From the NCBI GenBank assembly GCA_039679545.1, contig JBDKUT010000098.1, forward strand, positions 1 through 37,075: a stretch of DNA of 37,075 nucleotides, in the 5' to 3' direction. Below the pieces are notes generated by a model. That model ran no database searches. It worked only from the letters and a program-made list of their open reading frames with translations, and was not told the DNA's origin. This document shows positions 18,510 to 27,004 of the stretch, piece by piece; position 1 is the first letter of the stretch; each line of letters starts with the position of its first letter. Position numbers and translations under genes: made by a program. Origin of the DNA: Thermotogota bacterium. GTDB taxonomy: Bacteria; Bipolaricaulota; Bipolaricaulia; UBA7950; UBA9294.

Positions 18510-19796
18510 GTGGGTCAATGGGTCCTTCTGAATGCCCGGCTGATTGATGGAACGGGAAAGGAAGCTGCGAGCAAGTCGGCCCTGGCCGTGGACGGTGACG
18601 TGATCGTCTTCGCCGGACCCAGGGATGAGGTGCCCATCGCGCCGGAGGCGACTGAGATCGACTGCCGCGGGCTGACGATCATGCCCGGCTTGATCGACGC
18701 CCACATGCACATCACGTGGCTGCCCAGTGAGCTCGATCCCAAAGGCCACATGCGGTCGAACCTGGAGGGCGTGGGGCGACTGCAAGCTTCACTTCGCAGG
18801 GGCATCACGACGGTTGGCAACCAGAGTGGTGGGTACGAATCCGTGATCCTGCGCGACGCCGTCAATGACGGGATTGTTCGCGGCTGTGCTCGGATGATCA
18901 CGGCAGGGATGGTGAACGCGACGGGCGGCCACGTTCGCGGAATCGTGGGCGACGGCCCGTGGGGAGCGCGCAGAGCCGTGCGCGAGCAAGTTCACCTCGT
19001 CAAAGCCGATCTGATCAAGACCGCGGCCAGCGGAGGGTTCCAGTGGGAGGCGGAGCGGGTCGAGGATCCAGACTACACACTCGAGGAACTCGAAGCCGTG
19101 GTCGACGAGGCCCACTCGAAGGCGAAGCTCGTTCACGTGCATGCGCATTCGCAGCCTGGTCTAGAACGAGCGATTCGAGCAGGGTGTGACGTCATCGCGC
19201 ACGGCGCGATGATCGACCGACAGGCAGTCGAAGACATCGCCGCCGCGCATCTTCACTATCAACCCACTCTGTACGTGACCAGCCAGCGCGTGATGGATCG
19301 GGAGAATCCTCCCGCCGTTCCGCACATACTTCCCCACATGTATGACAGGATGGCCCGCGCCCACCCCATTCACAGGGCTGGCGTACGGTATGCGCACGAA
19401 CTCGGGGTGACGTTGTCCGTCGGGACCGACGGCGGACCAGGCGACGCTACACTAGAGCTTCTCGAGCTCGCAGCGTGCGGCCTCTCCCCGATGGAGGCGA
19501 TCGTCGCTGGGACGAGGAACTCCGCGGCCACGCTGGGCATCCTGAACGACGTCGGCACGCTGGAGGCCGGTAAGCGAGCCGATCTCCTCGTCGTCAACGG
19601 GAATCCCCTGCAGGACCTGTCTATCCTGCGGGATCCCAAGCGACTTCAGCTCGTCATCAAGGACGGCCAGCTCGAGTGGGGGCGCGGACGCTTCGCGGAA
19701 TACGTCGAACTCGCGGAGCACCAACGCGAGGAACACAAGCCAAGGCGCGTGTATTCCGTGAGGCCGTCTTCGGGGCTGGGTCTACCTGCAGCCTGA
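18510..19796 (+). CDS. Second metal-dependent amidohydrolase
   Basis: GAGGTG before GTG 18510; PGLIDAHMH, TGGH, ADLIKT, VHAH, IAHG, GTDG, GKRADLLVVNGNPL. Confidence 0.9.
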   Translation: MGQWVLLNARLIDGTGKEAASKSALAVDGDVIVFAGPRDEVPIAPEATEIDCRGLTIMPGLIDAHMHITWLPSELDPKGHMRSNLEGVGRLQASLRRGITTVGNQSGGYESVILRDAVNDGIVRGCARMITAGMVNATGGHVRGIVGDGPWGARRAVREQVHLVKADLIKTAASGGFQWEAERVEDPDYTLEELEAVVDEAHSKAKLVHVHAHSQPGLERAIRAGCDVIAHGAMIDRQAVEDIAAAHLHYQPTLYVTSQRVMDRENPPAVPHILPHMYDRMARAHPIHRAGVRYAHELGVTLSVGTDGGPGDATLELLELAACGLSPMEAIVAGTRNSAATLGILNDVGTLEAGKRADLLVVNGNPLQDLSILRDPKRLQLVIKDGQLEWGRGRFAEYVELAEHQREEHKPRRVYSVRPSSGLGLPAA

Positions 19797-19950
19797 AGTC
19801 CGCGATTTCGTCGCAGGACGACGACGAGCATGCCGCTCCGCAGCGCATGCGTGGGGCAGGCCGTCTGTGCCCTCAGGTGCGCCGGAGGCCCCGGATCGTC
19901 CCTCGCAGAGAGCAGGCCGGCGGCATCTGATCTTGGGCGTCGTTGAGCGG

Positions 19951-20148
19951 TGCAAGGACGGTTTCTCGGCGGCCATGTGCTTCACCCTCTACGCCGTCAT
20001 CCGATCGATCGTCACGCTGACCCGCGGCGACGACCTCTACCTCGGCCCCATCCGCGCCCCCCACATCGCCAGCGCCATCATGATCATCGTCTTCGGCCTC
20101 TTCATCTGGCGCGGGAAACTGCATCAGCGGACCAAGCTCGCGCGGTAA
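19951..20148 (+). pseudogene. lgt: Displaced 3' fragment of lgt (65 codons plus stop)
   Basis: CKDGFSAAMCFTLYAVIRSIVTLTRGDDLYLGPIRAPHIASAIMIIVFGLFIWRGKLHQRTKLAR matches the Lgt C-terminus at 52/65 aa. No 5' part is present. Confidence 0.9.
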
Positions 20149-20188
20149 GTGCGCGCTCCCGAGAGCACAGAAGTGGCACGCCCTAGTG

Positions 20189-20686
20189 TGTCCAGTTTCG
20201 GAAGGGTGTTGACACATCACACCTCCTGACGGACTTCGTGACTGATTGCACCCCAGAAGACTTCGGCTGGGGTCCGCCCCTTCGTGCGGTAGCCCTGGTG
20301 GGGCCGCTCGAAGTTGTAGAACTGAAGGAAGCCGTCGAGCGATGCCTGCAGCTGGAACCGCTTTCGGAAGTAGCATCGACGGAAGGCGATCCGCCCATGC
20401 TCGTGGAGGATCGTCCCCTGCAGCCGCTCGACAAACCCGTTCGTCCAGGCATGCCGTGGCTTCGTTCGGGGATGTTGCACGTTCAACTCGCGACATGCCG
20501 TATCGAACTCGCTATTGAACTCACCCCGCCGGTGGAGACGGAGAAAGCGTGTACGTTGCCTTCGAGGGTCATCGAGCGACCTCCCAGGTCACTTGAGCGC
20601 TTCCTGAGATTGTCGCCTCGGTGACCCTCGCTTTCCTTCCGACCCTCAGCGGCCCCCGGCTGCAAACATCACTACGAAACTGGACA
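20189..20686 (-). mobile_element. IS481-family element, internally deleted (498 bp, non-autonomous)
   Basis: TGT...ACA ends; 26-bp imperfect IRs (20/26 match, first 12 bp TGTCCAGTTTCG perfect); flanks CCCTAGTG and GCCTAGAG. SD and ATG at 20572 are followed closely by the transposase C-terminus RTKPRHAWTNGFVERLQGTIL...YNFERPHQGYR..GRTP. Confidence 0.85.
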
Positions 20687-20718
20687 GCCTAGAGCCTCCC
20701 GCTCCGCGGTCGCTCGCG

Positions 20719-21618
20719 CTACGCAGCGGACCGCTTCTTTTGACGGGACACGACAAGGTTGTAGCAGAGCACGTCCTCGCTGCCGTCTTGCCATGGCTTG
20801 AATCCGAGGCATTGGAGGGGCGCTAGAGCCTGAGCGATGTCGTTACCGTGTCTTGGGATCATGGATTCCCACGTCGTTGCGGCAAGGTCGCGCGATGCCT
20901 GCACGAGGAGTGCGGCGAAGTCGTTCGGGGCGCCGTCGAGAAACGACAGGAACGCCGGGTCATCGGGCCGCCGGCCGGGTGACGCACAGAGAAGGGATCT
21001 CCACCTGCCGTTTGCGCGGATTCCGATTCGGTAGGGCGTCTTCTTCAGAAACGCTTGCGGCCGCGCAGCAAAGGGAAAGAAGAACCACTCGAACGGGTAC
21101 CAGCCACGGGCCGTCGCGAGGTACGGGGAAGAAGATACGAACTGCACCGTCTCTTCCAGAGTCGGCTCCGAGAAGGTGGCGTCTGGGATCGCCGGGAGCG
21201 GAGGCGCCGCCGACGTGCGTTCCAAGAGGACGAACGAGGCGGCGCGCTCGAACCCGAAAGATTCAACGATGCGGATCGACGACGTGTTGTCGAAGTATGT
21301 CGACAAGGAAATCTGCGTCGCACCGTCCCGGCACGCGTGATCGATGAGCGCGTGCGAGAGTGCCTTGCCCACACCTCTCCCGCGGTAGGCCGGGTCCGTT
21401 CGGATTCCTTGCAGCCAGGCGTGTCCGGGGAGAAGCCAGGTGCGGTACGCAAAGCTCGCGAGGGTGCCGTCCACCTCGGCTACGAGAAGCTCGCCGTTCG
21501 GGTCGGCGAACCAGCTGGCGAGGGTCGACGGAACATAGTCGTTTCCATCCCAGATCTGGGCGGAGATCGCGAGAATCCGTTCTGTGTCCTCCAACTGTGC
21601 CTTCCGGATGCGGATCAT
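20719..21618 (-). CDS. GNAT-family N-acetyltransferase with a C-terminal extension
   Basis: IWDGNDYVP, WLQGIRTDPAYRGRGVGKAL (acetyl-CoA binding motif), N..SIRIVESFGF. Confidence 0.85.
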   Translation of the reverse strand: MIRIRKAQLEDTERILAISAQIWDGNDYVPSTLASWFADPNGELLVAEVDGTLASFAYRTWLLPGHAWLQGIRTDPAYRGRGVGKALSHALIDHACRDGATQISLSTYFDNTSSIRIVESFGFERAASFVLLERTSAAPPLPAIPDATFSEPTLEETVQFVSSSPYLATARGWYPFEWFFFPFAARPQAFLKKTPYRIGIRANGRWRSLLCASPGRRPDDPAFLSFLDGAPNDFAALLVQASRDLAATTWESMIPRHGNDIAQALAPLQCLGFKPWQDGSEDVLCYNLVVSRQKKRSAA

Positions 21619-21642
21619 GGTGGGAGCACGGTATCGTGCGGT

Positions 21643-22530
21643 TTACTCCGCTGCAACCGGACGATTCGAGGAACGCCGACGTCTCCAGGGGAAGAGGTCA
21701 TGGCGGCGCGAGACGAGCAGGCCGACGAGGAAGAACCCGGTCGCCACGAGCACGATGGCGGCGCCGGAAGCGATGCCCCAGTAAAACGACAGATACAGGC
21801 CGACCACGCCGGAGACAGCTCCGAGGATCGCGCCGATCCCCATCATCCCGGGCAGGCGACGGGTCAGGAGAAACGCCGTCGTCGCCGGCGTGATCAGCAT
21901 GGCCAGCATGAGGCCTAAGCCGACCGTCTGGAGGGACACAACCACGACGACGGCCACGAGGACGAGGAGAAGGCGGCGGTAGAACGACGCCCGGATCCGC
22001 AATGTGGAGGCAAGCGTCGGGTCGAACGTCACGAGAAGGAACTCCTTGTAGAAGAGGATCACGGTTAAGAGGACGGCGGCTCCGAATCCTCCGATGACCG
22101 CCAAGTCCCACGACGAGACCCCGAGCACGTTACCGAAGAGGATGTGCACGAGGTCGACGGCGAACCCGCGCACCGTCGAAAGCAGGGCGACGCCCAGCGC
22201 GAACATCCCCGCGAACACGATCCCAATCGCCGTGTCCTCTCGGATCCTGCTTCGCTCCCCGATCCACCCAATCCCAAGCGAGACCGCAATCGCCGTGCCG
22301 AGCGCCCACCAGAACAGAGATCGGCGGTCGCCGCGTCCCGAAACGAGGAGACCAGCGGCAATCCCGGGCAGGACCGAATGAGCGAGCGCGTCGCCGAGGA
22401 AGGCCATCGACCGCAAGACGACGTACGCGCCGACGACCGCGCAAAGGCCGCTTACGAGGACCGATGCCACGAGGGCCCGGACCATGAACGGGTACTGCAG
22501 AGGAGCGAGCAACCAGTGAATCACGGACAC
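21643..22530 (-). CDS. Zn/Mn ABC transporter permease (ZnuB/MntB family)
   Basis: LRSMAFLGDALAHSVLPGIA, EDTAIGIVF, HILFGNVLGV, LITPATTA. Confidence 0.92.
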   Translation of the reverse strand: MSVIHWLLAPLQYPFMVRALVASVLVSGLCAVVGAYVVLRSMAFLGDALAHSVLPGIAAGLLVSGRGDRRSLFWWALGTAIAVSLGIGWIGERSRIREDTAIGIVFAGMFALGVALLSTVRGFAVDLVHILFGNVLGVSSWDLAVIGGFGAAVLLTVILFYKEFLLVTFDPTLASTLRIRASFYRRLLLVLVAVVVVVSLQTVGLGLMLAMLITPATTAFLLTRRLPGMMGIGAILGAVSGVVGLYLSFYWGIASGAAIVLVATGFFLVGLLVSRRHDLFPWRRRRSSNRPVAAE

Positions 22531-23363
22531 CGATCCTCCGCCGTACAGGTTGTGTCGTGGACGACGAGAACGCCGTCCACGGTGCTCACCATGCGCAGCG
22601 TCCCGCCGTAGGCCTCGCGAAGGGTTTCCGGCTGAAGGACATCGGCCGGTCGGCCGAAGCCGAGCATCCGTCCTCTCAGCAGGAGCAGAAAGTCAAAGTG
22701 CGTTGCGGCGACCCCAAGGTCGTGCAGGGCGACGAGGGTCGTCGCCTTCCGAAGTTGCGCGAGGAGCACCAAGACTTCGTTTTGCGACGAGATGTCGAGG
22801 CCGGCAAGCGGCTCGTCGAGGAGCACCAACTCGGCCTCCTGAGCGATCGCGCGCGCGATGAACATCCGTTGCTGCTCGCCGCCAGAAAGCTCTCCGATCC
22901 TGCGCTCTCCGCGATCCTCAAGGCCGACGAGTCTGAGAGCCTCTCGCACCATGGCGCGGTCCCGTTCCTTCGGACGCCGCACCGGCCCGAGGCGACCGAT
23001 GCGTCCCATCATCACGGCGTCGAAGGCCGTGACCGGGAATCGCCAGTCTACTTCACTTCGCTGAGGAAGGTACGCGATGCACGTGTGCCCTTCGGGGGCG
23101 ACGCCGTGAACGGCGATCGAGCCGTCGGCGTGGGGGGCAATCCCAGCGACAGCCTTGAGCAGCGTGCTCTTCCCCGCGCCGTTTGGACCGACGACGGCCA
23201 GGCGTGCCCCGGCCGGGAGGTCGAAGGTGAGGTCCTCTAAGGCGAGACGCTCCCCGTAGGAAACGCGGAGGTTGCGGATTCGCAAGGCGGGGGCGTTCGG
23301 ATCGTGGACGGCCTCCGTCGTCCGTCGTCCGGTCCTCGCGACGGCGGCTCGCAGGAAGGTCAC
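22521..23363 (-). CDS. Zn/Mn ABC transporter ATP-binding protein
   Basis: Walker A GPNGAGKST, YLPQRSEVDWRFP, LSGGEQQR, LLDEP, H-loop HDL. Confidence 0.92.
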   Translation of the reverse strand: MTFLRAAVARTGRRTTEAVHDPNAPALRIRNLRVSYGERLALEDLTFDLPAGARLAVVGPNGAGKSTLLKAVAGIAPHADGSIAVHGVAPEGHTCIAYLPQRSEVDWRFPVTAFDAVMMGRIGRLGPVRRPKERDRAMVREALRLVGLEDRGERRIGELSGGEQQRMFIARAIAQEAELVLLDEPLAGLDISSQNEVLVLLAQLRKATTLVALHDLGVAATHFDFLLLLRGRMLGFGRPADVLQPETLREAYGGTLRMVSTVDGVLVVHDTTCTAEDRCP

Positions 23364-24253
23364 GGGGAGCTCCCCAGCGCAGAAACAATCTGTTCGACGT
23401 CGTAGCGCAGAAGGTCGACGTAGGTCGGCGCGGGTCCGTCGGCATCGCTCAAGGATCCGGTGTACAGCACGACAAGACGTGCGCCGGTGTCGGCGGCTAC
23501 CTGAGAGGCCAACGTCGGATTCACGGTCGTTCCGACGAAGACGGCGGTGACCTTCGCCGCGAGGATCGCGGCCTCCAGAGCCGCGACCTCGCGGGCCGAT
23601 GGTTCGGACATCGCACTCAATCCGGGAAGGACCGTCCCGATGACCTCAAACCCGTACCGGTCGGCGAAGTAGCTGAACGAGTCGTGATCGGTCACAAGCT
23701 TCCGGCTTGCCGGGGGGAGACCGGAAACCTTCTCGAGGATCCAGGCGTCGAGATCCCAAAGGGACTGGGCATAGGCCGCGGCACGTTCCCGGTACTCCGT
23801 TGCATGATCGGGATCCACGTCTCCGAGGACCCTCGCCACCCTGTCGACCCAAACCAGTACGTTCATGGGATCGAACCAAACGTGGGGATCTACGCTCTCG
23901 CCCTCGTGGGCGCCTTCCGGCGAGAGCGCGCGAAGCGGAAGGTTTGCCGAGAGGTCGACGACGTACGCCGCAGTGGTCTTAAGAAGAGGAGCAAGGAACG
24001 CCTCGAGCCCCGCGCCGTTCTCGAAGATCACCTCGGCGCGGGCGATCTCCACGAGGTCACTCGGCGTCGCCTCGAACGAATGCGGATCTGCGTTCACCGG
24101 CAGGAGAACAGCTACCGAGAGGTCAGCCCCCGCCACATGAGCCACGACGTCCCCCACAATGGTCGTTGTGCAGAGGACGCGAATCTCGGCGGAGGCGGAG
24201 AGCGAGACTAGGAAAAGCGCCCCTGCGATGACCGCGCCCCCAAAACCTCCCAT
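23360..24253 (-). CDS. Zn/Mn ABC transporter substrate-binding protein (ZnuA/TroA family)
   Basis: GGGAGG SD; signal peptide; DPHSFE, NGAGLE, DPHVWFDP, HDSFSYFADRYG. Confidence 0.92.
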   Translation of the reverse strand: MGGFGGAVIAGALFLVSLSASAEIRVLCTTTIVGDVVAHVAGADLSVAVLLPVNADPHSFEATPSDLVEIARAEVIFENGAGLEAFLAPLLKTTAAYVVDLSANLPLRALSPEGAHEGESVDPHVWFDPMNVLVWVDRVARVLGDVDPDHATEYRERAAAYAQSLWDLDAWILEKVSGLPPASRKLVTDHDSFSYFADRYGFEVIGTVLPGLSAMSEPSAREVAALEAAILAAKVTAVFVGTTVNPTLASQVAADTGARLVVLYTGSLSDADGPAPTYVDLLRYDVEQIVSALGSSP

Positions 24254-24594
24254 TCAGACCTCCCTTGTCTCACCGCGTGCCGCCCCGGCCGCCGTGAGTG
24301 TATGCGCCCACGAATCTCGAAGCGAGATCGCGCCTCGGCACCGTGGTCACGAGTCGGACGGAACTTCACCGTTCTGACACAGGACTGCACGATCGTATTC
24401 ATTCCTGGGAACTAGCCTTCCTCTCCAAGCATAGGAGGACCCGGCGTGGATACGCGAAACACATCGATCCGCTCGGGGGCAGTTCCCCTGGGCATGACAG
24501 GAACCGAATCACAGGGAATCGCGGTGCTGCGTCGGATCCTCGATATGCGATAGTGCCCTCTCGCTTGCCCTTTCCGAGGAGCAGGACCGCCGCC

Positions 24595-25986
24595 TCACTC
24601 CGGGGCGGCGGATTCCTTTTCACTTGTCGTCACGCCACGGATCGGCAAGGCCACACAGAAGCAAGCACCGCCTTGGGGGGCGTTCTCCGCCCAGATCCGC
24701 CCTTCGTGCGCCTCGACGAGGACCTTGGCGATCGAGAGACCAAGACCGGCTCCACCTTCGTCGCTCGACCTCGAAGCATCCGCGCGATAGAAGCGCTCGA
24801 ACACACGCTCGAGGTCTTCCGGACGGATGCCGGGTCCGGTGTCACACACGCTGACCACGACACCATCGTCCCTCTCTTTCCGCGCGGCAAGCCGGATCGT
24901 TCCTCCACTGGGGGTATGGCGGATCGCGTTGGACAGGATGTTCAGGAAGACCTGCTCGATCCGATGCGGGTCGAGGTCGAGGGTCGGAAGCTGCGGGTCG
25001 AGGTCTTCCTCCAGGGCAATCCCTGCGTCCTCCACTTCGGCACCGACCGTGTCGATGATTCCTTCGAGAACCGCGCCGATCGGAGTTGGTCGCTTCTCAA
25101 TCGAGAGCTGTCCTGCGTCCGCAAGGGTTAGCTGGTGAAGGTCGTTGACGAGTCTTGTGAACAGAAGGAGGCGGTTGTGGAGGGAAGTGAACGTTGCTTG
25201 GGACGGCTCGATCAGCCCGTCCCGCAACCCCTCAAGGGCAGAGCGGACCGCGGAGAGAGGTGTTCGCAACTCGTGGGAGATGTCGGCGATCATCTGTTGC
25301 TTCGCCCGCTCGGCGGCCTCGAGGCTTGCCGCCATGTCGTTGAACGATGCTGCCAGGCGCCCGATCTCGTCCGGCTATTCTAGATGGACGCGCTCGTCGA
25401 GGTGCCCCTCGGCGATGCGACGCGTTGCCGCCTCCAGCTGCCGTAGGGGACTCGTCGTCTGACGAAGGAGCAGGATGGCCAACAAGAGACCGGCCGCGGC
25501 GGCGGTGAACCCGGCAAGCCACAGCGCGCGTCGTGTCGTCAGGAGAAATCCTCGCTCCAGTGCTCCGAACGGCCGCGGGGGGTCGGGCGGGTAGCGAAGG
25601 GCCGTCCAGACCTCCCCCGTCGCCAGGATGACACGTTGGCCTTGTTTGACCGCATCCTCGGTCAGCTGCTTGCCGACCAAGCGGGGATCCGGGGAGACGA
25701 TGACCGTGCGGGTCGAATCGACCAACGTGAACGGGATCCCTCGCGGTCCGCGTCCGAGAACCTCCGCAACTCCCTCGAGGCTGCCGCTCCGTTGGTAGTA
25801 GTTGGCGATCAGCTGAATCAGCAGTTGGTCTTCGAGCGAGAGTCGCTGGACGGCGAAGCTCGAGAATGCGCGATTGACCGATTGGTTGATGAACACATAT
25901 CCAGCGATGGTCGCGAGGATGATGATCGCGGCGAAGGAAGCCAGAAGCTTCGTCTGAAAGGACAGTCGGCGCAGTGGATTCCTCAC
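24595..25986 (-). pseudogene. BaeS-like HAMP sensor histidine kinase interrupted by an in-frame TAG at 25375-25377
   Basis: ORFs 25375..25986 and 24595..25335 are in the same frame. The reading is ...HLDERVHLE*PDEIGRLAASFNDMAASLE..., then H-box DISHELRTP, N-box NILSNAIRH, DTGPGI, GAGLGL. Confidence 0.85.
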
Positions 25987-26750
25987 GTCGCGTTCTCCCC
26001 GGGCCCTGTGCCTCCGCGAGGAGGAGTTTCGCTGCCGCAGGAAGAGGCCGTCCCTCCGTGCAGAGAAGCCTCATCAACCCGCGCCATCTTGTACCCAATG
26101 CCGAAAACGGTCAGCACGTACTTCGGATCCGCCGGATCTTCCTCGATCTTCTGGCGGAGGCGCTTGATGTGCGAATCGACCGATCGCTCGAAACTCCCGT
26201 ACGTCTCTCCTCGTACGGCCTCAAGCAGCTCGAGGCGAGTGAAGACCCTTCCCGGATGGGTCATGAGGAACGCCAACAGGTCGAATGCCATGGCGGACAA
26301 GTCGATCGGGCGATCTCGCACCCACGCCATGCGCTGTTCTCGATTGAGGCGTACGTTACCGACCTGAAGAATCGGAGATTCATCTCCGGCAAAACGGCGA
26401 AGTACCGCGCGGACACGGGCTTCCAGCTCCCGAGCGCTGAACGGTTTGACCACGTAGTCGTCCACTCCTGCGGCGAATCCCTGCAAGCGGTCTTCCTCGT
26501 CGGTCTTCGCGGTCAGCATGATGATTGGCGCCCGCGACGTCCGGCGGATGTGCTCAGCGACCGAGATTCCATCGAGCTTGGGTAACAACCAGTCGAGGAT
26601 CACGAGGTCGGGGTTGCCATGTGCGAACTCTTCGAGCGCCGCTGTGCCGTCGTAGGCAAACGCCACCTCGTAGCCGGCTTCCTCAAGGTACCGCCGGACG
26701 GCGTCGACCACCCACTTCTCGTCATCCACCACGAGCACTCTCTGAGCCAT
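25983..26750 (-). CDS. OmpR/PhoB-family response regulator
   Basis: ATG 26750 (MAQRVLVVDDE); DLVILDWLLP, MLTAK, DDYVVKPF; wHTH RSVDSHIKRLRQKIE...TVFGIGY. Confidence 0.93.
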   Translation of the reverse strand: MAQRVLVVDDEKWVVDAVRRYLEEAGYEVAFAYDGTAALEEFAHGNPDLVILDWLLPKLDGISVAEHIRRTSRAPIIMLTAKTDEEDRLQGFAAGVDDYVVKPFSARELEARVRAVLRRFAGDESPILQVGNVRLNREQRMAWVRDRPIDLSAMAFDLLAFLMTHPGRVFTRLELLEAVRGETYGSFERSVDSHIKRLRQKIEEDPADPKYVLTVFGIGYKMARVDEASLHGGTASSCGSETPPRGGTGPGENAT

Positions 26751-27004
26751 CGCCTTCGCAGTATACGAAGTCGTGTGGGGAAGTTGCGGCAACGAGGTGT
26801 CCCTGCCCTGAAGGCGACGGACGACGGAGCCATCCCCGTCCTGAACCGTTTGGCCTCTGGAGAGCGACGGAGAAGAGACGCTGCAACGGTATCAAGAAAT
26901 GTTTGAGGCGGCGTAGGTGGAACGGTACTCTCTCGCCGTGGCAGGAATGGCTCGGGGCTTGATGGGCGGAGAGGCTTCGTTTCGTCTGAAGGGAGGATGG
27001 GAAC

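Larger units (their letters stand above)
9484..20148. mobile_element. Putative genomic island inserted in the 3' end of lgt (no integrase seen)
   Basis: Flanked by direct repeats 9484-9681 and 19951-20148 (198 bp; 160/198 identical by manual alignment, no gaps). Cargo is a self-contained regulator, transporter and enzyme set. Confidence 0.7.

Noticed and set aside
9484..20148. lgt repeat pair as a DGR template/variable repeat
   Set aside because: Differences are mostly synonymous and not confined to adenines, and no reverse transcriptase is present.
19867..20148. 93-aa ORF as an independent gene
   Set aside because: Only the last 65 codons are lgt-derived. The front part has no SD and looks non-coding.
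24446..24553. 35-aa ORF (MDTRNTSIRSGAVPLG...) with an AGGAGG SD
   Set aside because: No recognisable features. The SD may simply be the complement of a minus-strand hairpin or promoter. Needs conservation data.
24254..24594. Metal-sensing or cobalamin riboswitch, or Zur/Fur box, upstream of the metal ABC operon
   Set aside because: Only a short GGGAACTGCCCCCG resemblance to a B12 element; the other conserved parts are missing and no AT-rich palindrome is seen. An Rfam scan would settle it.
25375..25377. Genome-wide TAG reassignment
   Set aside because: Many genes here end at TAG exactly where their families end (tldD, tldE, S10 peptidase, dppC), and only one internal TAG was found.
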